A DNA stretch of 26,529 nucleotides from an uncultured Ruminococcus sp. (GTDB lineage: Bacteria > Bacillota > Clostridia > Oscillospirales > CAG-272). The stretch lies in contig CADBPA010000182.1 of assembly GCA_902796505.1 (NCBI GenBank), positions 1 through 26,529 of the forward strand, in the 5' to 3' direction. The position numbers were made by a program, and so were the translations under genes. Of the stretch, positions 18,118 to 25,319 are shown in pieces. The stretch's first letter is position 1, and every line of letters starts with the position of its first letter. The notes beneath the pieces are model-generated. The model saw nothing but the letters and a program-made list of their open reading frames with translations, was not told the origin of the DNA and ran no database searches.

Positions 18118-18618
18118 ATGACGTTTACACTGATCGGAATGCCCGGATGCGGCAAAAGCTGCATGGGGCGGAATCTCGCCGGACGGCTGAAAATGAAAAA
18201 CATCGACGGCGATCGACTCATCGAGCGCGAAATGAAAATGCCCCTGCACGAGATCATCGAGCGATACGGGATGGAGGAATTCAAACGCATCGAAGAGCGG
18301 ATCCTGCTCTCGATCGAGGGCGATCGGAAGATCATCTCTCCGGGCGGCAGCGCGGTCTATTACGACAGCGTGATGCAGCATTTCCGCTCGCTCGGCAGGA
18401 TCGTTTATCTTTACGTCGGCCCGGATCAGCTGAAACTGCGCCTCGGCGATTTCTCGAAGCGCGGCATCGTTCTTGCCCCCGGACAGACGATCGAGGACCT
18501 TTTCCGCGAGCGGACGGCGCTCTACAACAAATACGCCGATATTGTGATCGACTGTGACGGAACCGATTATCTGCGCTATCAGCAAAGGCTGATCCGCGCG
18601 CTGAAATACTGTGAATGA
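18118..18618 (+). CDS. aroK: Shikimate kinase (AroK-like)
   Basis: Walker A GMPGCGKS, IDGD, FKRIEE, SPGGSAVY, ERTALY; 166 aa. Confidence 0.85.
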   Translation: MTFTLIGMPGCGKSCMGRNLAGRLKMKNIDGDRLIEREMKMPLHEIIERYGMEEFKRIEERILLSIEGDRKIISPGGSAVYYDSVMQHFRSLGRIVYLYVGPDQLKLRLGDFSKRGIVLAPGQTIEDLFRERTALYNKYADIVIDCDGTDYLRYQQRLIRALKYCE

Positions 18619-18631
18619 CTTCTGCCGAAAG

Positions 18632-18668
18632 GAAAACCGACCGCCTCTTTCCGAAGCGATCGGTTTTC
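18632..18668. terminator. Probable terminator between convergent aroK and ybaK
   Basis: GAAAACCGA (18632-18640) / TCGGTTTTC (18660-18668), plus a CGC/GCG inner stem after one mismatch. Confidence 0.6.
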
Positions 18669-18685
18669 GACTTTAAATATGGATC

Positions 18686-19186
18686 TTATTCCTCTTCGCC
18701 GGTCTTTGCCGTAACGTCGGCGTAGGAGAAGCGGATCGCCTTTTCGACGTCGGCGAGGACGACCTCCACCTGATAGCCGATCCGCCCGGCGCTGAAATAG
18801 ACTATTCCGCCGTCCGAGACCGAAGAATCGAAGGTGGTGCGGAAGAATTTCTTCATGCCGATCGGACTGCATCCGCCGTGGACGTACCCGGTCAAGGGAA
18901 GAAGCTCCTTCGCGTGGATCATCTCGACGGATTTCTCCCCGACGGCGCGCGCGGCGGCTTTCAGATCGAGTTCCCGGTTGACCGGGATGACAAAGACGTA
19001 ATGCTCGCCGGATCTGCCGACGGTGACGAGCGTTTTCAGGCATCGGTCGGGATCCTCGCCGAAGATCGCCGCGATCTGCTCGCCGCTGGTGGAGCCGGAG
19101 ACGCGGTCGATATGCGGCACGTAGGAGATCTTTTTCTGCTCCAGAACGCGCATCACGTTGGTTTTTTCATCGCTTTTCTGCGCCAT
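18686..19186 (-). CDS. ybaK: Cys-tRNA(Pro) deacylase YbaK/EbsC
   Basis: KTNVMRVLEQKKI, LKTLV, LDLKAAA, LTGYVHGGCSPIGMKK, FSAGRIG. Confidence 0.95.
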   Translation of the reverse strand: MAQKSDEKTNVMRVLEQKKISYVPHIDRVSGSTSGEQIAAIFGEDPDRCLKTLVTVGRSGEHYVFVIPVNRELDLKAAARAVGEKSVEMIHAKELLPLTGYVHGGCSPIGMKKFFRTTFDSSVSDGGIVYFSAGRIGYQVEVVLADVEKAIRFSYADVTAKTGEEE

Positions 19187-19187
19187 T

Positions 19188-20279
19188 TTATTCGTCGCCC
19201 TCCTTGTCCTCCGCGTCGTCGGAAAGCGGCGGCAGACCGTTTTTTGCCCGGATGGCGTTGACGCGCTCGCGCTCGGTCACGTCGTCGGTCATCACGGCTT
19301 CTTCCTCCTCGTCACGGCCGGGCGCCTCTTCGGGATGTTCTTTATAATAAGGATCGATGATCAGTTCTTTGATCTTGAAATAGGAGGCGTAAACCTTCAT
19401 ATACGCCATAAGAGCGAACAGAACGGCGAGCGGCAGACCGACGGCGAGCGGCAGAAGAATACCGCCCGAACCGAAGGTGAACATCATCTCAAGCAGGACG
19501 AGGACAACGATGCCGAGTACCGCGAGGATATTGCGCTTGAAGCCTGCCAGAGCGAAAATGACCGAATTTTTCAGGATCTTGAAAACCGACATTTTGAAGG
19601 TCACCATCTGCACGTAAATATAGAAGCGCATCACAAAGTAGAAGACCAGCACGATCACGCTGCCCCAGAAGAGAAGCGAGGTAAAGAAACGCGACGTCCC
19701 GGAAACGAGCAGATAGATATCCGCGCCAAGCAGCGCGAGGATCCCCATATCCAGAGCGCCGAAGGGAAGCGCCTGCTTCCAGTTGCGCTTGACGGCGTAC
19801 CAGAAATCCGACCAGACGAACACCGGCTCGCCGGAGGCGATGTTGCGAAGGATATACGCCGTCCCGACGTTGACGCATCCGAAGGTCAGCAGCGAGAGCG
19901 CCGAAAGGCCGTAAAAGACGTAATTGATCGCGGTCGGCGCAAGCGACTGCACCGGCGTTGCCTGAATGCCGAGCAGGGCGAGCTTATACGGCGTCATCGC
20001 GCCTTCGGCGGCAAAGATGCCGGCGGTATTCTGAAACAGATCGGAGGACGGAAGAAAATATGGGATCTTGAATACGCCCGACAGATTCATGATCAGGAAA
20101 AACAGCGGAAAATTTCCGAGAACCATGAAAATATTGACCGAGACGATCTTTCCGAAATTATCTTTCAGCGTGATCCAGAAACGTTTCAGCCCCGGTTCCA
20201 TCTGCGAGGCGGATTTGCTGACGCCTTTGCCGACGCGTTGACTGTCAAACAATCTGAATTTTTTATTTTTGGGTTTCAA
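19188..20279 (-). CDS. DUF624/YesL-like integral membrane protein
   Basis: Start reassigned to TTG 20279 after a GAGGTGA SD. GKGVSK N-terminal motif, WSDFWYAVKRNWKQAL, FYIYVQMVTFKMSVFKILKNSVIFAL, several hydrophobic helices, acidic tail. Confidence 0.8.
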   Translation of the reverse strand: MKPKNKKFRLFDSQRVGKGVSKSASQMEPGLKRFWITLKDNFGKIVSVNIFMVLGNFPLFFLIMNLSGVFKIPYFLPSSDLFQNTAGIFAAEGAMTPYKLALLGIQATPVQSLAPTAINYVFYGLSALSLLTFGCVNVGTAYILRNIASGEPVFVWSDFWYAVKRNWKQALPFGALDMGILALLGADIYLLVSGTSRFFTSLLFWGSVIVLVFYFVMRFYIYVQMVTFKMSVFKILKNSVIFALAGFKRNILAVLGIVVLVLLEMMFTFGSGGILLPLAVGLPLAVLFALMAYMKVYASYFKIKELIIDPYYKEHPEEAPGRDEEEEAVMTDDVTERERVNAIRAKNGLPPLSDDAEDKEGDE

Positions 20280-20310
20280 ACGATTCACCTCAAACTCTTT
20301 TGTTGCTTCT

Positions 20311-20339
20311 ATTTTACCATATCGCGCGGGATAATGCAA
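20311..20339 (-). promoter_or_regulatory. Sigma-A promoter of DUF624-ybaK
   Basis: Minus strand: TTGCAT (20339-20334), 17 bp, extended -10 TGg-TAAAAT (20316-20311). Confidence 0.78.
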
Positions 20340-20389
20340 GCGTGCGGAGAAAAAAATAAGCGTCGATCCTTGATTTTTTCGGAAAAAAG

Positions 20390-20418
20390 ATGACAAAGGC
20401 GAAAAAGTATGCTATAAT
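20390..20418 (+). promoter_or_regulatory. Sigma-A promoter of the GNAT gene
   Basis: ATGACA (20390-20395), 17 bp, extended -10 TGc-TATAAT (20413-20418). Confidence 0.82.
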
Positions 20419-20446
20419 AAAACAGTTTTGCGGAAAGGAGAGCCAT

Positions 20447-21004
20447 ATGACCGAAGACGATCTTCGTATATTCCGCGCCATGCCGCCCCTTCTGACCGAA
20501 CGGCTTGCCCTGCGGCGCATCCTGCCGTCCGATCTTACGGACGTATATGAATACGCGAGCAACCCCGAAACCTCACGCTATCTTCTCTGGGATCCGCATC
20601 CGGATCTTGCGTACACGCGCGCGTATCTTCGCCGCGTGGAGCATTGCTATCGGAACGGCAGCTTTTACGATTTTGCCGTGACGATCCGCGAAAGCGGAAA
20701 GATGATCGGCACCTGCGGCTTTTCCTCCTTTGATCTTCCGAACAACGCAGGCGAGATCGGTTACGTCCTCAACCCGGCGTTTCATCGGCTGGGCTACGGC
20801 AGCGAGGCGACCGCACGCGTGATCGCGTTCGGATTTGAGACGCTCCGTCTGCATCGCATTTACGCGCGGTATTTCCCGGAAAACGCCGCCAGCCGCGCGC
20901 TCGCCGAAAAATGCGGAATGACCTACGAGGGGTGCGCAAAGGGCGCGATCCTCTATCAAGGGCGTTACCGCGATCTCGCCTTCAGCGCGATCACACGCGA
21001 TTAA
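20447..21004 (+). CDS. GNAT acetyltransferase, RimJ/RimL family
   Basis: LLTERLALRRI, MIGTCGF, GEIGYVLNPAFHRLGYGSEA, ENAASRALAEKCGMTYEG. Start at ATG 20447 after GAAAGGAG. Confidence 0.9.
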   Translation: MTEDDLRIFRAMPPLLTERLALRRILPSDLTDVYEYASNPETSRYLLWDPHPDLAYTRAYLRRVEHCYRNGSFYDFAVTIRESGKMIGTCGFSSFDLPNNAGEIGYVLNPAFHRLGYGSEATARVIAFGFETLRLHRIYARYFPENAASRALAEKCGMTYEGCAKGAILYQGRYRDLAFSAITRD

Positions 21005-21029
21005 AACACGCCCGGAATACAAAAAACGC

Positions 21030-21059
21030 TCATATTTTCCCATCGCCTCCGGTATAATG
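21030..21059 (+). promoter_or_regulatory. Internal promoter of the dacF-like gene, sigma-F/G-like
   Basis: TCATA (21030-21034), 15 bp, CGGTATAATG (21050-21059), against the B. subtilis sigma-F consensus GYATA-N15-GGnnAnAHTR (one mismatch in each box). It also contains TATAAT, but with no sigma-A -35. Confidence 0.5.
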
Positions 21060-21085
21060 AAGCAAAACAAACCGGAGGTTTTTCT

Positions 21086-22270
21086 ATGAAAAAAACGATT
21101 GCGCTTGTTCTTACGCTCCTGATGATTTTCGGCGTCGGAATGCCGATTTATGCGGAAGGAGAACAAAAAAGCGAAGCAGAAAAGAGCGAATCTGCCGAAC
21201 AACCCTTTACGGTCGACGCGCGCTCCGCCGTCCTGATGGAGGCGGAAACCGGAAAGATCCTCTTTTCGCAGAACGAAAACGCCGCCTATTCGCCGGCGTC
21301 CGTCACGAAAATCATGACGCTGCTTCTGACGATGGAAGCGCTGGACGGGGGAAAATTCGATCTTGCGACGATGGTCCCGGTTTCGGCGTACGCCGCTTCG
21401 ATGGGCGGCAGTCAGGTCTTTCTCGAAGAGGGAGAATCGCTCTCGGTCGAGGATATGCTCAAATGTACGGTGATCGCCAGCGCAAACGACGCGGCGGTCG
21501 CGCTTGCCGAATTCGTTTCGGGAAGCGAGGAAGGTTTTGTCGCCGATATGAACCGCCGCGCCGCCGAACTCGGCATGAAGGATTCGCATTTTGAGAATGC
21601 GACCGGGCTCGACGATACGACCGAAAATCACGTCACCTCGGCAATGGATATCGCCCTGATGTCCCGCGCGCTTCTTTCGCATCCGAAGATCACCGAATAC
21701 GCCTCCATCTGGCAGGACACGATCCGCGACGGTGAATTTACCCTGACGAACACCAACCGCCTCGTTCGCTTTTACAGCGGCTGCAACGGCCTGAAAACCG
21801 GATCGACCGACCGCGCCGGATTCTGCATGAGCGCCGCCGCCAAGCGCGACGGGATGCAGCTGATCGCGGTCGTGATGGGCGCGCAGACGCGGGATGAACG
21901 CAACGCGATCGCAAAAAAACTGCTCGATTACGGTTTCTCGAAATATTCGCTTTATGAAACCCCGGAGGAATTTCTCGAATACCTCCCGGTCACCGGCGGA
22001 AAAGCGAGCCGCACCGCTCTGGTCGCAAAGCCTTTTACGGCGCTCGTCAGCAGAGGCGAGGCGGCAGGCGTGGAGAAGCGGTATTCGATCCCCGAATCGG
22101 TCGCGGCGCCGGTCAGAGCAGGGCAGGCGGTCGGAAAGATCGAATTTTACTCCGGGGAGAAAAAGATCGGCGAATGCGAGGTCTGCGCGAAGGACGGCGT
22201 GGATCGGATCGACTTTGCCGAGGTCGTCTTCCGCCTCATCGGCGTGATCCTCGGAAAAAATGCCGAATAA
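21086..22270 (+). CDS. dacF: D-alanyl-D-alanine carboxypeptidase, peptidase S11 (DacF-like)
   Basis: Signal peptide, SxxK (SPASVTK), SxN (ASAND), KTG motif, TNTNRLVRFY, C-terminal amphipathic helix. DacF versus other S11 paralogs is judged by resemblance only. Confidence 0.8.
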   Translation: MKKTIALVLTLLMIFGVGMPIYAEGEQKSEAEKSESAEQPFTVDARSAVLMEAETGKILFSQNENAAYSPASVTKIMTLLLTMEALDGGKFDLATMVPVSAYAASMGGSQVFLEEGESLSVEDMLKCTVIASANDAAVALAEFVSGSEEGFVADMNRRAAELGMKDSHFENATGLDDTTENHVTSAMDIALMSRALLSHPKITEYASIWQDTIRDGEFTLTNTNRLVRFYSGCNGLKTGSTDRAGFCMSAAAKRDGMQLIAVVMGAQTRDERNAIAKKLLDYGFSKYSLYETPEEFLEYLPVTGGKASRTALVAKPFTALVSRGEAAGVEKRYSIPESVAAPVRAGQAVGKIEFYSGEKKIGECEVCAKDGVDRIDFAEVVFRLIGVILGKNAE

Positions 22271-22295
22271 AATCCGAAGAAAATCAGATAGATAC

Positions 22296-22324
22296 TTGCA
22301 ATACGCAGAAAAATCGTGTATAAT
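22296..22324 (+). promoter_or_regulatory. Sigma-A promoter of pgi
   Basis: TTGCAA (22296-22301), 17 bp, TATAAT (22319-22324). Confidence 0.85.
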
Positions 22325-22357
22325 AGTATAAAATTAAATCTTTTAAGAGGTTCTTTT

Positions 22358-23701
22358 ATGAGCATCAGACTGGACACCAGATTTACCGAACGATTCATCA
22401 GCGGGGAAGAGATCGCCGCGATCCGCCCGGAAGCCGAAGCCGCTTTCCAAACGCTCGCCGCTCGCACCGGAGCGGGTGCCGACTATCTCGGATGGATCGA
22501 TCTTCCCGAAAACTATGACAAAGAGGAATTTGCCCGCATCAAAGCCGCGGCGCAGAAGATCCGCAAGAACAGCGAGATCCTGATCGTCATCGGCATCGGC
22601 GGCTCTTATCTCGGCGCGAGAGCGGCGATCGAATTCGTCAAGAGTCCGCTTTACAACAATCTGAAAAAGGATACCCCGGACATCTATTTTGCCGGCAATA
22701 ATATCTCTCCCACCGCGCTGACCGAGATCATCTCGATCTGCGAGGGGCGCGATTTCTCGGTCAACGTCATTTCCAAGTCCGGAACGACAACCGAGCCCGC
22801 CATCGCCTTCCGCGTGTTCAAACAGATGCTGATCGACCGTTACGGCGTCGAGGGCGCGAAAGAGCGCATCTTCGTCACGACCGACCGCGCGAAGGGGACG
22901 CTCAAGAAATTCTCGGATGAGGCCGGATACGAAACCTTCGTCGTTCCCGACGACGTCGGAGGAAGATATTCGGTGCTGACCGCCGTCGGTCTGCTTCCGA
23001 TCGCCTGCGCCGGGATCGATATCGACGCCATGATGCAGGGCGCAAACGACGCAAGAAAGACCTATACTTCGCCGGATCCTTCCGAAAACGACGCGGTCCT
23101 GTACGCCTCGCTGCGCAATATTCTGCTCCGCAAGGGCAAATGCTGCGAGATCCTCGTCGGTTATGAGCCGTATATGCTGATGCTCAACGAATGGTGGAAA
23201 CAGCTTTACGGCGAAAGCGAAGGGAAGAACAACAAGGGCATTCTCCCCGATTCGGTCGTTTTCTCGACCGATCTGCATTCGCTCGGCCAGTACATTCAGG
23301 AGGGGCAGAGGACGATCTTTGAGACGGTCGTTTCGGTCAAAGATCCCGGCGCGCGCTTCGTCATCCCCGACGATCCCGCAAATGTGGACGGCCTGAACTT
23401 CATTGCCGGCCGCGAGCTGGATTACGTGAACAAGACCGCGATGCTCGCCACGCTGATCGCCCACAACGACGGCGGCGTTCCGAATATCCGTATCGAGCTT
23501 GACGACAGAACCGCCTACTCCTTCGGCTATCTCGTTTACTTCTTTGAGCTTGCCTGCGCGGTTTCCGGCTATATTCTCGGCGTCAATCCCTTCGATCAGC
23601 CGGGCGTCGAGGCATACAAGAAGAATATGTTCGCGCTCCTCGGCAAGCCGGGATACGAAGAATCGGGCGAAAAACTCCGCGCAAGGATCGAAAAAGCGTG
23701 A
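22358..23701 (+). CDS. pgi: Glucose-6-phosphate isomerase
   Basis: [61 protein letters not shown]. Start at ATG 22358 (AAGAGG SD). Confidence 0.98.
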   Translation: MSIRLDTRFTERFISGEEIAAIRPEAEAAFQTLAARTGAGADYLGWIDLPENYDKEEFARIKAAAQKIRKNSEILIVIGIGGSYLGARAAIEFVKSPLYNNLKKDTPDIYFAGNNISPTALTEIISICEGRDFSVNVISKSGTTTEPAIAFRVFKQMLIDRYGVEGAKERIFVTTDRAKGTLKKFSDEAGYETFVVPDDVGGRYSVLTAVGLLPIACAGIDIDAMMQGANDARKTYTSPDPSENDAVLYASLRNILLRKGKCCEILVGYEPYMLMLNEWWKQLYGESEGKNNKGILPDSVVFSTDLHSLGQYIQEGQRTIFETVVSVKDPGARFVIPDDPANVDGLNFIAGRELDYVNKTAMLATLIAHNDGGVPNIRIELDDRTAYSFGYLVYFFELACAVSGYILGVNPFDQPGVEAYKKNMFALLGKPGYEESGEKLRARIEKA

Positions 23702-23743
23702 TTTTACCGCGATTTTACCGCGATTTTATCGCGGTTTTACCGC
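23700..23743 (+). repeat. Tandem repeat, 4 x 11 bp (GATTTTACCGC)
   Basis: GATTTTACCGC / GATTTTACCGC / GATTTTATCGC / GGTTTTACCGC, starting inside the pgi stop codon. Confidence 0.95.
23717..23738 (+). terminator. Probable pgi terminator embedded in the tandem repeat
   Basis: ACCGCGAT-TTT-ATCGCGGT perfect 8-bp stem; the closing T continues as TTTT (23735-23738). Confidence 0.55.
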
Positions 23744-23801
23744 TATACAAATCAAACAAAAATTTTTTACGTACATTTTCACCGAAAGACGAAAAAAACA
23801 C

Positions 23802-23830
23802 TTGCTTTTTTTCGCGGAATGGTGTAAAAT
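23802..23830 (+). promoter_or_regulatory. Sigma-A promoter of the small P-loop gene
   Basis: TTGCTT (23802-23807), 17 bp, TAAAAT (23825-23830). Confidence 0.7.
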
Positions 23831-23862
23831 ATAGACAGAGAAAAAAACAGGAGGTCAAACCC

Positions 23863-24264
23863 ATGATTCAATTATTGATCGGCGCGAAAGGCTCCGGCAA
23901 AACCAAAAGTCTGATTGAGCTCGTCAACTCCGCCGCGGAAACCTCGAACGGTGCGGTCGTCTGCATCGAGAAGGGCGATAAATTGAAACTCGATATTACA
24001 TACAAGGCTCGCCTTGTGGATACCGATCAGTACGGCATCGACAACGCCGAGGCGCTCTACGGCTTTATCACCGGCATCCTCGCGTCCAACAGCGACATTA
24101 CCGATCTGTTCGTCGATTCCGCGCTCAAGATCTGCAAGGGCGACGTTGCGGCATTCGACGCGATTCTCGATCGCCTTGCCGCCGTTTCGGCAGACGCCCG
24201 TATCGTGATGACCGCTTCGATCCCCGTGGAAGAAGCGACCGAGACCATCAAAAAATACGTCTGA
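23863..24264 (+). CDS. Small P-loop NTPase-like protein of unknown function (133 aa)
   Basis: CAGGAGGT SD, Walker A GAKGSGKT at residues 7-14, Walker-B-like DLFVD, normal codon usage. Confidence 0.85.
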   Translation: MIQLLIGAKGSGKTKSLIELVNSAAETSNGAVVCIEKGDKLKLDITYKARLVDTDQYGIDNAEALYGFITGILASNSDITDLFVDSALKICKGDVAAFDAILDRLAAVSADARIVMTASIPVEEATETIKKYV

Positions 24265-24276
24265 TCCCGGACGGGA

Positions 24277-24315
24277 AAAAGGATCGCAGAGAACTTCCGC
24301 GATCCTTTTCTTTTT
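24277..24315 (+). terminator. Intrinsic terminator after the small P-loop gene
   Basis: AAAAGGATCGC / GCGATCCTTTT 11-bp stem, then CTTTTT. Confidence 0.85.
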
Positions 24316-24321
24316 GCTTAT

Positions 24322-24348
24322 CACCGATCCCGATGCGTCGCATAAAAT
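24322..24348 (+). promoter_or_regulatory. Candidate mother-cell (sigma-K or sigma-E-type) promoter
   Basis: -10 CATAAAAT (24341-24348) fits CATAnnnT; CACC/AC lies 15-16 bp upstream, as in sigma-K -35 boxes; no sigma-A TTGACA nearby. Confidence 0.45.
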
Positions 24349-24405
24349 GTTACCGAGGCCGACTGCCTCGTATCTCATCTGATGCATCAACAAGGGAGAA
24401 GTGCA

Positions 24406-25257
24406 ATGCAAGAACAAAGAAACAATCAGCTCCCCTTCCAGGGAGAGGGGAGAGGAAACGTCATTATCGACACCGATCGCGTGATGGACTGCTGCCGCGA
24501 CCGGGACTGCTTCGAGAATGCGCGCGTCTATCTTTCGCCCGCCGGGCAGGATGCGCTCTCGAACGCGACCAACGTCCGTATCCGTTCGGTCAAGATCCTC
24601 TGGGCGTACGTCGGGCTGGATGAAGTTCCGTTCAACCGCGGATTCTACCAGGTCACCGTTCGCTATTATATCGACGTCGAGTGCGAGATCTGCCTCGGCC
24701 TGAATCGCAGTCAGATCACCCACGGTCTCTCGATCCTCGAAAAGGACGTGATCCTTTACGGCGGCGAGGGGAGCGTTCAGAGCTTCTCGTCCGATCCGAT
24801 GAACGATTACTGCAACATCGGAAACTTCGACACGGTCGGCAGCAACGATCCGACCGCCGTCGTCGAATCCGCCGCGCCGATCGTCCTCGGCTCGAAGGTC
24901 AAGGAATGCGGCTGCCCGACGCCAAATAACGAGCTCGTCGAGATCCCCGATCGCGTGAAAGGGCTGATGGACGCCGATCCGATCATCCTTACCGACGGCG
25001 TGCGCCTCTACGTCTCTTTCGGCATCTTCTCGGTCATCCGCATTCAGCGCCCGGCGCAGCTCGTCGTTCAGGCGGCGGATTACAGCGTACCGGAGAAGGA
25101 ATGCGTCGCCGCGCAGAACGACGACAATCCCTGCCAGCTCTTCCGCACGATGCCGTTCCCGGTCGGCGAATTCCGCGCTACCGAACACGGCGAACAGAAT
25201 CGCCCGATTCGCGGCGGCGGTGGATGCGGCTGCGGCGGCAACAGAAACGGCAACTGA
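24406..25257 (+). CDS. Cysteine-rich hypothetical protein, putative spore coat/exosporium component (283 aa)
   Basis: AAGGGAG SD before ATG 24406; 12 Cys, including DCCRDRDC, CGC and a terminal GGGGCGCGG; no signal peptide; flanked by terminators. Function is inferred. Confidence 0.6.
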   Translation: MQEQRNNQLPFQGEGRGNVIIDTDRVMDCCRDRDCFENARVYLSPAGQDALSNATNVRIRSVKILWAYVGLDEVPFNRGFYQVTVRYYIDVECEICLGLNRSQITHGLSILEKDVILYGGEGSVQSFSSDPMNDYCNIGNFDTVGSNDPTAVVESAAPIVLGSKVKECGCPTPNNELVEIPDRVKGLMDADPIILTDGVRLYVSFGIFSVIRIQRPAQLVVQAADYSVPEKECVAAQNDDNPCQLFRTMPFPVGEFRATEHGEQNRPIRGGGGCGCGGNRNGN

Positions 25258-25271
25258 ATCACCCCATAAAG

Positions 25272-25301
25272 AAAGATGCCTCGTTACGGGGCATCTTTTT
25301 T
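25272..25301. terminator. Bidirectional terminator between convergent genes
   Basis: AAAGATGCCTCG-tta-CGGGGCATCTTT hairpin (one G-U pair), T run on the plus side and A-rich flank on the other. Confidence 0.85.
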
Positions 25302-25319
25302 CTATCCCGGAAAACCGGA

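Noticed and set aside
20374-20388. TTTTTTC-G-GAAAAAA palindrome and similar TTTTCnGAA words (2763, 6070, 26100) as CodY boxes
   Set aside because: Four to five mismatches to AATTTTCWGAAAATT, and easily produced by A/T tracts in promoter regions.
22342-22353. Identical 12-mer TTTAAGAGGTTC before both pgi and the lipoprotein (662-673)
   Set aside because: Mostly the SD plus an AT-rich enhancer; only two copies and no structure, so not enough to call a regulatory element.
23700-23743. 11-bp tandem repeat as a CRISPR array or plasmid iterons
   Set aside because: No spacers, units too short, and no cas or rep gene nearby; kept only as a repeat/terminator finding.
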